Source: Eledone cirrhosa | Lineage: Eukaryota | Assembly (NCBI GenBank): GCA_964016885.1 | Contig: OZ024752.1 | Coordinates: 14,198,001-14,262,000, forward strand | DNA length: 64,000 nucleotides | Reading direction: 5' to 3' | In this document: positions 16,188 through 30,956 of the stretch, piece after piece | Position numbering within the stretch: the stretch's first letter is position 1 | How the letters are laid out: the number at the start of each line of letters is the position of its first letter | Made by a program: the position numbers and the translations under genes | Notes under the pieces: model-generated | The model's input: the letters and a program-made list of their open reading frames with translations, nothing else | Databases searched by the model: none | Told to the model about the DNA's origin: nothing

Positions 16188-16381
16188 ACCCAAGAGTGTA
16201 CTGAAAAGTTCCTGGCTTTGGCTAAAAGAAAATACAGGAGGATCAGTTAATTAAGATTTTATTCAACATATTCGCCTCTCAGATTCACACACTTATTGAG
16301 TCGTTCCAACCCTGTAAAGGTAACAGCTCGACCCTTTCATAATATTCTTAACCCAGGAAATTTTCAGCAGTCCTTCATGTA
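16188..16381. mobile_element. Mariner-derived MITE
   Basis: Imperfect TIRs (ctgaaaagttcctgg / ccaggaaattttcag), TA-flanked. Confidence 0.6.
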
Positions 16382-16406
16382 TATATATATATATACATAT
16401 ATATAT

Positions 16407-16693
16407 GGGATAACAAGTTATCGTTATAGTTAGAGGTTGTGAGTACTCCGCGTCGTGGATATTTTTAACGTACTGCTTTGTTTGACTCAACAAGATGTTT
16501 CCATAGTTATGTAGTGAGTTCGCGCTAATTTCTATGCAGGTTATACTTGGAGTAATAATAGTGAAAGAAAGAAGAGTAACATGGTTGGCTGTACAATAAG
16601 GGGCTTTATTAAAAGTACTGACAATTGTTTCGTTGATCAAGTGGGTCTAGAGCTCGCTAATCGCTGAGGCTGCGCCATTCGATCTCCAATACA

Positions 16694-16696
<3 letters not shown>
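16407..16696 (-). mobile_element. Family D element (truncated), carrying HHR 3' half GAAACAATTGTC
   Basis: Homologous to 42496-42805; bounded by TA tracts. Confidence 0.7.
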
Positions 16697-16735
<39 letters not shown>

Positions 16736-16871
16736 GAGGTGTAACACACGAGTTGTGATATATTAGTAAAAGGAAAAGAAAATGCTGACATTTTTCCCAG
16801 TGAATAATAGTTTAATTAGGAATAAGTATAAATTAGTAATATGTATTGCTTAGCATTTTCTTTTCCTTTTA

Positions 16872-16931
<60 letters not shown>

Positions 16932-16935
<4 letters not shown>

Positions 16936-17391
16936 AACGAGTAGGACCCCGACGGCTGAGCTCGAGCCGTTTCGACGGCTAATTCTGGACTAAATGAAAA
17001 TGTTTATCCTGGTATACGAATAGCCGAGCTTCTCAGGGGGTAATTCCATATATAGTAAAAGTGATTGTCACAAGGATTGGTCAAAAGTTTGTTGTTGAGC
17101 CACATAATTGTATCATGGCAATTTGTGGAGGGATAGAAATATGTGTCTCAAAAACAAACTGTTGACCAATCCTTGTGACAATCACTTTTACCATATATGG
17201 AATTACCCCCTGAGAAGCTCGGCTATTCATATACCAGGATAAAAATGTTCATGTAGTTCAGAATTAGCCGTCGAAACGGCTTGAGCTCAGACGTCGGGGT
17301 CCTACTCGTTCCTATTACCCACTCTACTACCCTAAGTATTGAGTACTTTGGTGCGTTATGGTCCATCTGGTTCCTTACCACATTTCCTTCG

Positions 17392-17394
<3 letters not shown>
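16932..17394 (+). mobile_element. Longest family B fold-back element with two inverted HHR-like motifs
   Basis: Arms at about 16932-17098 and 17147-17314. The motif acccc-CTGAGAA-gctcggcta...tagccgtc-GAAAC-ggcttgagctcagac-GTC-ggggt is at 17205-17300 (+), mirrored at 16946-17041 (-). Confidence 0.75.
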
Positions 17395-17440
<46 letters not shown>

Positions 17441-17445
<5 letters not shown>

Positions 17446-20400
17446 TATGAAGAGAGAAGAAACATTTAGATATAATTAGTAATAAAATGTATCATACCTA
17501 AACTGTTCCTAAATTCCTCGACTACGTAGTTTCGTGGCATAAACAAAAACAATATATCAAAGATATAGAGTCCTTGCGAGGTCTGCCGACTTATCAAGAG
17601 GATACCTCATTTTACTAGTCTCAAGAACGCGTCTACACGACGTGAGAAAGAATCCCAAAAGGCGGAGGGGGAGATAGTCACGCGATATAACGGTCGAGAA
17701 ACAGAGCTAAGCCTCTTATAACCACGAAAAAAATACCACGGAGGCGGAGGGGGTATTCATATCGAGGCCGCAGAAGAGGTAGTGAAGAAGGCGAGAAGTA
17801 TGAGTAATGGAAGCTTTCCAGTTGTCCCCACACTTCAAAGATTGCTCGACCAGAGGGAGTTATTAATACATTTAGAAACACACAGATACATGCGGACACA
17901 CACATATATACATGAATGCATCCGCACCCAACTGTGAGTTAAGGGTGCCAACTTCACCGATGTTGCTCAATGAATGACTGGGACAGACCAATTCAGTTTG
18001 AACCAGACTGAACCAGTATCAGAGTTAAAAATACATTATGAAGAGAGAAGAAACATTTAGATATAATTAGTAATAAAATGTATCATACCTAAACTGTTCC
18101 TAAATTCCTCGACTACGTAGTTTCGTGGCATAAACAAAAACAATATATCAAAGATATAGAGTCCTTGCGAGGTCTGCCGACTTATCAAGAGGATACCTCA
18201 TTTTACTAGTCTCAAGAACGCGTCTACACGACGTGAGAAAGAATCCCAAAAGGCGGAGGGGGAGATAGTCACGCGATATAACGGTCGAGAAACAGAGCTA
18301 AGCCTCTTATAACCACGAAAAAAATACCACGGAGGCGGAGGGGGTATTCATATCGAGGCCGCAGAAGAGGTAGTGAAGAAGGCGAGAAGTATGAGTAATG
18401 GAAGCTTTCCAGTTGTCCCCACACTTCAAAGATTGCTCGACCAGAGGGAGTTATTAATACATTTAGAAACACACAGATACATGCGGACACACACATATAT
18501 ACATGAATGCATCCGCACCCAACTGTGAGTTAAGGGTGCCAACTTCACCGATGTTGCTCAATGAATGACTGGGACAGACCAATTCAGTTTGAACCAGACT
18601 GAACCAGTATCAGAGTTAAAAATACATTATGAAGAGAGAAGAAACATTTAGATATAATTAGTAATAAAATGTATCATACCTAAACTGTTCCTAAATTCCT
18701 CGACTACGTAGTTTCGTGGCATAAACAAAAACAATATATCAAAGATATAGAGTCCTTGCGAGGTCTGCCGACTTATCAAGAGGATACCTCATTTTACTAG
18801 TCTCAAGAACGCGTCTACACGACGTGAGAAAGAATCCCAAAAGGCGGAGGGGGAGATAGTCACGCGATATAACGGTCGAGAAACAGAGCTAAGCCTCTTA
18901 TAACCACGAAAAAAATACCACGGAGGCGGAGGGGGTATTCATATCGAGGCCGCAGAAGAGGTAGTGAAGAAGGCGAGAAGTATGAGTAATGGAAGCTTTC
19001 CAGTTGTCCCCACACTTCAAAGATTGCTCGACCAGAGGGAGTTATTAATACATTTAGAAACACACAGATACATGCGGACACACACATATATACATGAATG
19101 CATCCGCACCCAACTGTGAGTTAAGGGTGCCAACTTCACCGATGTTGCTCAATGAATGACTGGGACAGACCAATTCAGTTTGAACCAGACTGAACCAGTA
19201 TCAGAGTTAAAAATACATTATGAAGAGAGAAGAAACATTTAGATATAATTAGTAATAAAATGTATCATACCTAAACTGTTCCTGGGTGCGGATGCATTCA
19301 TGTATATATGTGTGTGTCCGCATGTATCTGTGTGTTTCTAAATGTATTAATAACTCCCTCTGGTCGAGCAATCTTTGAAGTGTGGGGACAACTGGAAAGC
19401 TTCCATTACTCATACTTCTCGCCTTCTTCACTACCTCTTCTGCGGCCTCGATATGAATACCCCCTCCGCCTCCGTGGTATTTTTTTCGTGGTTATAAGAG
19501 GCTTAGCTCTGTTTCTCGACCGTTATATCGCGTGACTATCTCCCCCTCCGCCTTTTGGGATTCTTTCTCACGTCGTGTAGACGCGTTCTTGAGACTAGTA
19601 AAATGAGGTATCCTCTTGATAAGTCGGCAGACCTCGCAAGGACTCTATATCTTTGATATATTGTTTTTGTTTATGCCACGAAACTACGTAGTCGAGGAAT
19701 TTAGGAACAATTTAGGTATGATACATTTTATTACTAATTATATCTAAATGTTTCTTCTCTCTTCATAATGTATTTTTAACTCTGATACTGGTTCAGTCTG
19801 GTTCAAACTGAATTGGTCTGTCCCAGTCATTCATTGAGCAACATCGGTGAAGTTGGCACCCTTAACTCACAGTTGGGTGCGGATGCATTCATGTATATAT
19901 GTGTGTGTCCGCATGTATCTGTGTGTTTCTAAATGTATTAATAACTCCCTCTGGTCGAGCAATCTTTGAAGTGTGGGGACAACTGGAAAGCTTCCATTAC
20001 TCATACTTCTCGCCTTCTTCACTACCTCTTCTGCGGCCTCGATATGAATACCCCCTCCGCCTCCGTGGTATTTTTTTCGTGGTTATAAGAGGCTTAGCTC
20101 TGTTTCTCGACCGTTATATCGCGTGACTATCTCCCCCTCCGCCTTTTGGGATTCTTTCTCACGTCGTGTAGACGCGTTCTTGAGACTAGTAAAATGAGGT
20201 ATCCTCTTGATAAGTCGGCAGACCTCGCAAGGACTCTATATCTTTGATATATTGTTTTTGTTTATGCCACGAAACTACGTAGTCGAGGAATTTAGGAACA
20301 GTTTAGGTATGATACATTTTATTACTAATTATATCTAAATGTTTCTTCTCTCTTCATAATGTATTTTTAACTCTGATACTGGTTCAGTCTGGTTCAAACT

Positions 20401-20523
20401 GAATTGGTCTGTCCCAGTCATTCATTGAGCAACATCGGTGAAGTTGGCACCCTTAACTCACAGTTGGGTGCGGATGCATTCATGTATATATGTGTGTGTC
20501 CGCATGTATCTGTGTGTTTCTAA

Positions 20524-20528
<5 letters not shown>
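17441..20528. mobile_element. 591-bp tandem array with central inversion; retrozyme-like
   Basis: Unit starts at 17441, 18032, 18623, 19214; orientation flips at about 19283, then about 2.1 inverted units to about 20528. Copies are essentially identical, with one HHR per full unit and TA tracts at both ends. Confidence 0.9.
19611..19698 (+). ncRNA. Type I hammerhead ribozyme, U3-A8 core variant (also 20202-20289 +; 17515-17602, 18106-18193, 18697-18784 -)
   Basis: tcctc-TTGATAA-gtcggca...tgccac-GAAACTACGTAGTC-gagga: stem I tcctc/gagga, stem II gt(c)ggca/tgccac, palindromic stem III ACTACGTAGT, GUC triplet. Confidence 0.8.
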
Positions 20529-20588
<60 letters not shown>

Positions 20589-20607
20589 GAGAGAAAGAGA
20601 AAGAGAA

Positions 20608-20852
20608 ATAGCTTCTAGAGAACAAGAACTGTTTCATTCGAAAGAAGTCATCAGGAAAGCCTCTGTCATTGTAATACATATAAATGCCACCGTATTACAA
20701 TGACAGTTGTCTTTCCTGATGATTTCTGTCGAATGAAACAGTTATAGACCTGTAGAGGCCATCTCTATATTAAATTTGATGTTTTCCCTCTACTAATGTA
20801 TTGAGTACCTTACTTACTGTGGTTACCCCCGATTGAACTCGGGACTCCCAAG
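20608..20852 (+). mobile_element. Fold-back element with two inverted degenerate HHR cores
   Basis: CTGATGA-tttctgtcgaat-GAAACAGTT at about 20716-20743 (+), mirrored at about 20627-20654 (-); stem I is poorly preserved; tail motif gtattgagtac. Confidence 0.6.
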
Positions 20853-20883
<31 letters not shown>

Positions 20884-22060
20884 ACAGATATCCATGCATA
20901 TGTACAGAAATAAAAACATACTCACACAGATTCATATATTCATACATATTTACATAGAATGGAACCCCTTCGGTTTCGACGCTGAGGGTGCCAGTTGTCT
21001 TGACTACGAAACAGCCTATTCAAAGATGTAAGCTAGAAGTGGAGGAGCTGTCACAAAACAGATATACACTGAACGTAGTTTACAGGGTGAATCAATGCAA
21101 TACAGTGTGTGACATAGCTGGTCCTTTGAGGCATACACACAGTCATTATGACAGGGTTAAGCCAGCGTCCATCTAGCGAATTGCACTCATGAGACATGAT
21201 TCGAATCAATGGTATGTTAATTGATACTTGACCAAGTTTCCAATTAATGGGTTCGAACAATAGATCAAAGCGAACATATTAAGCATTCAAATATGCTACA
21301 CATACACACACATGTATATGCATAAAAACATGCAACATACATGCATATATATGTATAAGCATACATACATTGCAAACATTTATTGAAGATATAATAGCAT
21401 TTTGACGAGATAATCGATGAGCGATTTTGGGTCAATGTATCGAATATCCTTCTCTAATTTGATGCCTGATCATTCAATGCTACCTATAGAGTTTATTCTA
21501 TGAAATATATAATTGATTTTCTACACAATGCTTTCTAATTTTAATACTTTAACTTAAATTCAATTTATTTCTCATTCTCTTTCATTAGAATTTGCTTACG
21601 TAGCCTGTAGAGGAAAACCAGACCTTACACTCGATAGAAGAACAAGTGGAATATATAATTTGGATCCCGAACTGCATTCCGTTAAATAATTGAACACTGA
21701 TTATCGAAATATTGAGGTAGGAAAAAGTTATTTCAAACTTGTCTACTAATCAGATATATTGCTAAAAATCGTTTAATCGTGCCTTATAAACCTAATGGGT
21801 CAATAATATGTTTTTTACCTATATTGGTGATGGTTGGGGAAGTATGCTTCTGTATGTTTCTGCTCAGGCAGATAGGTTTATAATTATAGTAGAAAATATT
21901 AAGATACACAGGATGACTTGGTGCTTTGATTCATTGCTATAATTGAAATGGTTGACTTTCGACTACAGGGCCCTTTACTAGATCCATCATGTCACACATT
22001 CATATAAACAGTCATTACTACAATACGTTTTTGAAACTGATAAATTATGATGTTATTATA

Positions 22061-22474
22061 CAGGGTGAACCAAAAGTCTTTTAACCTATTTTTATTAATA
22101 AAACATTACAATTTAACTGAAATCTAATTTTTCTCGCAGGGTGTATTTTTCCATAATTGTATCTTGTTTATATTCAACTTTAATCCGAAATAAAAAACAG
22201 ATATAATATTTTGATTATTGTTTCTAATTTTGGCATAAGGCCGGTAATTAACCCAGTGTATTACTGGTATTTTATTTTATCGACCCTGTAAGGATGAAAG
22301 GCAAAGTTAAGCTCGGCGGGATTTGAACTCAGTTCATATAGAGCCGTAACTCAATGCTGCAAAGCATGGTGTCCGATCCTCTACCGATACTTCCAACCCA
22401 ATACCATAATATTTTAAAAATAATAAAAAAATTATGGATATTTTTTAATAGGAACTTACTTTTGGCCCACCCTG
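22061..22474. mobile_element. Tc1/mariner MITE with nested SINE (22215-22400, minus)
   Basis: TA|cagggtgaaccaaaagt ... acttttggcccaccctg|TA: TIRs with a TA duplication. Confidence 0.8.
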
Positions 22475-24652
22475 TATATATGTGTAAATATGTGTTTTTA
22501 AAAATGGGACCAATTTCTGAAAGTAATTTTAAGAAGATCAAATATTTCACTTAAGGTATTCAAATAAATCATTTTCAGAGGTTTTAGACCAATATGTACG
22601 CAGGGATGCAGTGACTGTTAACATTTAATTAAAATATACGTTCCAAATAATATCTTGCCGGTGTATAACCAGTAATCTTTATGGTTTTGTTTATGAAGAG
22701 GTGGTTTGTTATGACGAGGTGGGATGTTATTTTATAAATGCCGGAAGATGATTATTGCAACTTTGTTATAATACTATTTACCAAAAGAGAGGAAGTCTTG
22801 TTGACGCAAATCATAATTTGATAACTTAGTATCACCAAAAACAAAAACAACGTGAAATGTGACAAACATTATTTGCACAGTATGAGTGTCATATAAGACA
22901 GATGAAATTTACTCAATGGCTGCATGTGGGAATTAAGATTTAGTCATAACATTCTTTTAGGCATTTTGTATAGCTGCAGGTACTCTTAATGAGAATGATG
23001 TGAATGGACGTTTAGAATATATAACAACATTATTGAATCGAGGATTAGATAGTGCTATGGATCAGATATATGCAAGAAAATATTCAATCAGAATATGACA
23101 AGATCAGATGGGAAAACGCTTATAACATTGACAACTTAATGTTCCAATGTCTGCAGTAACGCTTACGCAATATAACCTCACACCATACTAACAAAAATGA
23201 AATTCTCTTTACGTAATTATTTATAGTCATGCAGTCATAAATATGAAAATGAAGCGTTTATTGAAAGTCAATGTCTGTCCTACAATAATACATATGATAT
23301 TATAAAATATTTTCAAGATAAAAGACATATTTTCTATTGTTTGAAACATCGTATTTAAAACATTTTGATTGTCACAGCAAAGGAAATGCATAATTGAAAG
23401 CAAGCATGTCAAAAAGCTTATAAGGGTCACTTTTTAATTTGAAGGCTTCTGTGTTTGCTGTACAGCGCAACAAATTGGATGAATGAAAACTATGAAAGAC
23501 CTTCGTTTTGACCTTTTCTTGGTTGGCATTCTATATTGATCCAGCCTCCGGTTAAACAATATCTTCTGATGTTTAGTGATTTTCAGTGGAAAGATCTATG
23601 CTGTAAATCTTCAGAAGATGTCTCTATTCTGAAGGATTCACTACCTTCCTGCATTTCTCACAGCAATGTCAGAGGCTTTGCAAAAGTCTCTATACTCATT
23701 ATACTTCTGATACGGTGTTTCTTCCACAAGTAATGGGTGATAGTCTTTCTATTCCGCCTTAGCCATCACAAATATACCATCCAGTAATAATGGAAATTCT
23801 ACAAGGGAAAAGAATATACTTTATATGGAATTTGCAGCTCTGTATGAAGATATATATCTGGATTTAAATATATTTGTTAGTGAAATGAAAGACATTTGTT
23901 AATATGAAGTTTTGTTATTTATATTCATCTGAGATTTAAAATGTTGAAAGATGCATGCAGAGAAAGTTTCTGTTTCATATTATAAGAAATTGGAGCTTTT
24001 ATATTTAATGATAAAACAGTAGATATCTAATATGCATTGACAATCACTAAAGGAAAAATGGCATTGATTGATCGAAGGCAACCACTTAAGTGAATTTTTC
24101 AAGTTACATTCAAAACAGACGAATGACATTGTATTAAAATTCCCGAGTTAACTGCACATACTTGGCAAATAAGGACTTTATTATTTCGACGCTGAGGAGG
24201 ATGGAAACATTTCAAATGCCAAAAAGGTGACAAATTATACCATAGGTTTACTGAAAGTGAATCATTATACAATTAAGAAGGAAAGAAAAAATCACAAGTA
24301 CATTTTGTTTTGTTTCATGCATTCTATTTTCTTGCAGACTTGTATAGTTATTTTGCAATGTATTCACATATATTGAGCCGAATGTTCTTGAGTTTTAAAA
24401 CACATCAATACCAAGTAATTCACTTTTGTTTTCATTGATATTGGACACAAATATTTGCTCTATGTTTTGTTTTCTTTAATATACTAATTGCAATTATTAC
24501 TTTCTACAATTGCATATCACATTAACAAATAACATAAAGTATAAATCCATCCTGGTACTGATGATCGCAAGCATCGCTAAGTAATATTTAACAGAAAATA
24601 CAATAATCAATTGATGAATTAATTAAAAATATTATTAGATTGTATGATGCAA

Positions 24653-25080
24653 ATCATCATCATCATGATCATTTAACTTCCATTCTCCGTGCTAGCATGG
24701 GTAAGACGGGTTGTCCCTTTGTGAAAGATCAGATCGAAAGCCCGTGTTTCGCTCAGACAGGGCTGATTTTGTCTTGGTTTCTACGACTGGATGCCCTTCT
24801 AAAGACATTAACAGTGAGTTCTGGTTTTTTTTTACCGTGTTACCTACACGGCCACTTCACAGCGATGACTGGCTGCTTGTTGCTATGACACCTACATGAC
24901 CATTTTACAGTGTGGCTTGGCACTTTCTGTCATGTCACCGACACAACCACTTTACAGTGTGGACTGGATGCTTTTTGACGTGACTCCTACACAACCCCTT
25001 TACAGTGGGAACTGGGCACTTTTGTCTTGGCACGTCCTACATGACCACTATAGAGTGAGACCTGAGCACTTTTGTCGTGG
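24653..25080 (-). mobile_element. Old non-LTR retroposon 3' end with (ATG)n tail (similar end at about 34535-34685, +)
   Basis: catcatcatgatcatttaacttccattctccgtgctagcatggg...ctggatgcccttc; a similar sequence is reversed at 34640-34682. Confidence 0.5.
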
Positions 25081-26020
25081 CTGGGGATGGTAAATATTTT
25101 TATCAATATCAAGTTTTACATCGCTTTCTACTTTTTTTCTTACAATATAAAGAATATTTCATTTGTATTAATATGAACCTTTTAATTATTTCACAATGGT
25201 CTTTGTAAACCATGAAGTTTGTATGCTGTTTATCACTAACTGAAATATTTGATAGATGGTGATCATTGGCCGCTTTCACTTTATCTTGTGTTTCTTCATG
25301 ACCCATTCCTTCTGCCTTCAGTTTAACAACTGGAGGATCTAATTATTTTAAACAGTTTCCGTGTTTTACATTTTAGTTTATACGTCAGAGATGACTTTCA
25401 TTTCCTTCTCTCTCCATGTCGCAAGTAATGTGTCGTGTAATTTACCATTTCCAAATAAGCTGGGAGGGCAATAATCCCGATTAAAAACTACTGCACGGGG
25501 TAGAGTTTATCCCTGTAAGCCTTTTTGTGAAGGCAGCCCGTCTAGGACAACATACATCCACACAACATCTCTCTCTCTGTATATATACAATTTGTGTGTG
25601 TGGGGTTGAAATCCGAAGGTAAAAGATCAAGGAAAACAGTACTCAATCCATTGCAAGAGAGCTTGTTTAGTATAAATATAGTTTCAGAAACTTAAGACAG
25701 ATGTGCTACCATTGTTTTCGGAGTCCAGTTATGGCGGGCACTGTATATTGAAGATGGCCATTTTAAAACTGGACCTTCATTTGGGCACCTTAATTGTATG
25801 AAACATTTTAAATACTATATAATATTGAGTATGATCCAATGTTGTAGCCGCAATATAGCATCTACAAAGCACTCAGTAGTGCAACAGGTTAATACATTAT
25901 CGACCAGATTAAACAAATGTTAAGTGTGACACAAAGAAAAGCAGCAAAACACAAAGGTATAGCCACGGCTTTTGCTGCTTGTCTTGGTGTCACATTCTTA
26001 ACTATATATAATCATAATAA

Positions 26021-26407
26021 TAATGTTCCTACTTTTGGCACAAGGCCAGCAATTATCCCAGTGCATTACTGGTGCTTTATTTTATGGACTCCATAAGAAT
26101 GAAAGGCAAAGTTAACCTTAGTGAGATTTGAACTCAGAAGGTAAAGGGCCATAACACTATGCTGAGAAGCATGGTGTATGACTCTCTACCGATACTGCCA
26201 ATCCACCGCCCTCTAATAATTGTTTCTACTTTTGGCACAAGGCCAGCAATTACCCAGTGCATTACTGGTACTTTATTTTATCGACCCCGTAAGGATGAAA
26301 GGCCAAGTTAACCTCGGCGAGATTTGAACTGAGAATGGCAAGGGCCGTAACTCTATACGTCAAAGCATGGCGTCCGACCCTCTACCGATACGGTCAATCC
26401 ACCCCTC
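26021..26407 (-). mobile_element. Two tandem tRNA-derived SINEs
   Basis: Units at about 26021-26213 and 26216-26407. Confidence 0.88.
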
Positions 26408-26433
26408 TAATAATAATTATAATACAGGCTTAG

Positions 26434-27231
<798 letters not shown>

Positions 27232-27658
27232 TTTTCTGTATTTTTCATCTACAAAATTCCACCCAAAACAAGATATTAGTGTTGCCAGGATATTGAGAAG
27301 TTTAAATAATGGAATGCCTTCTTTATGTAAAAGTATATCTTGTTAATGTTATACTTACAAATATCTCACACGCAAACATAAAACTGTAAGTGTATCTTTC
27401 TGTAAGTTTATGTACCTCACCTTTCTCAATTCACCTATTAATCAAATATTGAGACTAATACAGGCACGTCATTATCTATATGGAGATGTACCTCTTGTCA
27501 CCATCTTGTGAGTTTGTCTATACATAGGTAACTGCATTTACATATATACCTGTCTCTTTGTCTGTCACTGCCCACACACACACACACACACACACTATCT
27601 CTCTCTCTCGTATATATCTAAGTTTGTACTTAAGTATATAGACACACACAAACACACA

Positions 27659-28410
<752 letters not shown>

Positions 28411-28559
28411 GTATGCCAAACATGTTCTATACTTTATTTAACGTGTAATTGTAGGATTCCTAACAGCTGCATATTTTCGGGTAATGTCTAAAAGAAAATG
28501 TAATTTATATAAATAATTTTACTTAACATGCCAGAAGGTGATTCCGACTTGCACATGTA

Positions 28560-29110
28560 AGGTTTTAATCCCGTGTGCTACATGGCTGGAATGAAAATGA
28601 GTGCTGCGAAAACTGAGATGATGCCTGCGCATTGCGAATGGAGTTCCACTGGAGCAGGTACAGAAGTTCAAGCATCTTGGGGCCGTGTTCACGAGTGATA
28701 AAAGTCAGGAGGCTAAAATAAGTGCAACAATTGCAGGAACTGGTGCAGCAATACGCCAGTTTCTGCATACACTAATCAGAAGTAAGTTAGGCGTAAAATC
28801 CAAATACTCACTTCAATTGGGTATTCTTGCCAACCCTTACCTATGGTTATGAATCTTGGGAAATGATGTAAAGAATATGATCACGAATACAAGTGGGGTA
28901 AAGTGCGTAGCTCGGAGAACAGGATGTTATTCCAGGTAGAGTTGCTACTTCACAGAATTGAGAGATCACAGCTGCGATAATATGGTCATGGAGATAGAAT
29001 ATCTCAAGAAAGAATCGCTGGACATATTTTGTAGGCACAATAAGCCAGCAGGAGACCCTGAGGTAGACTCCAAGCAAATGGTTAGATAATATGCATTGGC
29101 TTGGCTATTG
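28560..29110 (+). mobile_element. Decayed RTE-type LINE fragment
   Basis: Degenerate Q-V-Q-K-F-K-H-L-G and PTLTYGYESW-like motifs; the 3' part resembles 14270-14430. Confidence 0.6.
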
Positions 29111-30546
29111 AATCTGTTTTGAACTTAGAGCGCAAATAGTTATCATTTCATCTCCTCTTATCCGATTCCCTAACAGTTCCGCATATCTTCAGGCCTGCAA
29201 TATATCTATATTTTTATCTACCCAGAAACAATGAAAGACCTCAATACAATGGATTCTGATATATACATAAGACTAACAAATTTGTCGATTAAATCAACCC
29301 GAGTACGTTACTGCTACTTATATGAACGACCCCATAATGATGACTGTCTAAGTTAACTTCTGCAGAATTTGAACTTAGAAAGTAAAGGGATGTAACTACA
29401 TGCTGTAAATTATATTGTCTGAACCACCACCGATATTGCCAATCCGCTGGCCTCACAACTCAATTCATAAATGGTAATTATATTTGCTTTCAAATTTCAT
29501 TTTGACTCTATAGAATAATAAAATGAAAGCTAATTTTCAAAATAGAAATTTTTATTTAATTGAGATGATATTAAATAGAAATGATGTATCATCTGTTTAG
29601 TTGAAATAACATTAAAACAACGCCTCTTCTGCTTATTATCAATAACAATAACAATAATATTTAGCTAGCAAATAATTATCAATGCAACATTATTTTATAT
29701 TGGTGACTGCGTTAAAAATATTCCGAAAATTACTCGTTACGTAACGGGAAGTCTCTAGATGTGTACAAATATATTGAAAGTTGACGGAAATGGAATTTTT
29801 TAAATAATTATTTTCACTTATTTAATTTACCAAACATATCCACACCATCACCACACGTATGACAGGTAAATCTAGTACAGCAAATAATTGGAATAAGATT
29901 GGAGTTTTCATGTTTCACCTGGAAGACGGAACATCATTGATTTTTATACATATGAAATGTTTCGTCTTTCTCTCTATAGAGAATTACATTTAACGACTAC
30001 TGTTAAATGTGTCCGTTGCTGATTTAAGATGGTTGAAAGAAATTTGAGTGCTATTTTCAGCAAATCCATTCCCCATGTAGATGATAATTTGTTATTATAG
30101 AAGAAATACATATATTGGTGCACAATATGTAGGAGAAAATATTGTTTCATAGCAATATCATTGATAGAAACAATTCGCAATCTCTTCAAAAATGTCTGAA
30201 TGACAAATAATTCTGATCGATTCTGGTCCTCGTGGACTTTGATGCAAAAGTTATAAATGTTTGTGATATAAGGTCAGATACGTTTGGGGATTAAGCCAAT
30301 GTCATAAAGATAAGTTAATCTTACATATCGATATTTATGTATGTTTGGCCGTTTTTAAAAATCTCATTCCGTGTACATAATACTTATGTTATAATACACA
30401 CATGCTCTCTCTCTCTTTCTTGTATATATATATATATGATAAATTATATGTGTATAAATACGGAGTGTGCAACAACAAGTATACACGCGCTCGCGCACAC
30501 ACACACACACACAGTATATATATGTATATATATACATATATATATA

Positions 30547-30956
30547 ATTATTGTTTCTACTTTTTGGCACAAGGCCAGCAATTATCCAGTGCATTACTGG
30601 TACTTTATGTTATCGACTCCGTAAGGATGAAAGGCAAAGTTAATATCGGCGGGATTTGAACTCAGAATGGCAAGGGCCGTAACTCTATGCGTCAAAGCAT
30701 GCCGTCCGACCCTCTACCGATACTGCCAATCCACCGCCATTATATATAATATAATAATGATTTCCAGTAATTTAGGGTAGAGGGGAAATTCGATTAAATC
30801 GACCCCAGTGCGTTACTGGTACTTTATTTTATCGGCCCCGTAAGGATGAAAGGGAAAGTTAACCTCGGCGGGATTTGAACTCAGATTATAAAGAGTCGTA
30901 ACTCTATGCTGCAAAGCTTGGTGTCCGACACTACCGATACTGCCAATCACCCCCCT
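30547..30956 (-). mobile_element. Two tandem tRNA-derived SINEs
   Basis: Units at about 30547-30738 and 30775-30956. Confidence 0.88.

Noticed and set aside
17678-20126. Five identical 75-aa ORFs in the 591-bp units
   Set aside because: They start at a GTG in a (TG) run, show no recognisable domain, and their identity simply reflects the repeat.
23400-23805. Minus-strand exon after a good acceptor (ttcttttcccttgtag)
   Set aside because: The frames I translated contain repeated stops and no recognisable product.
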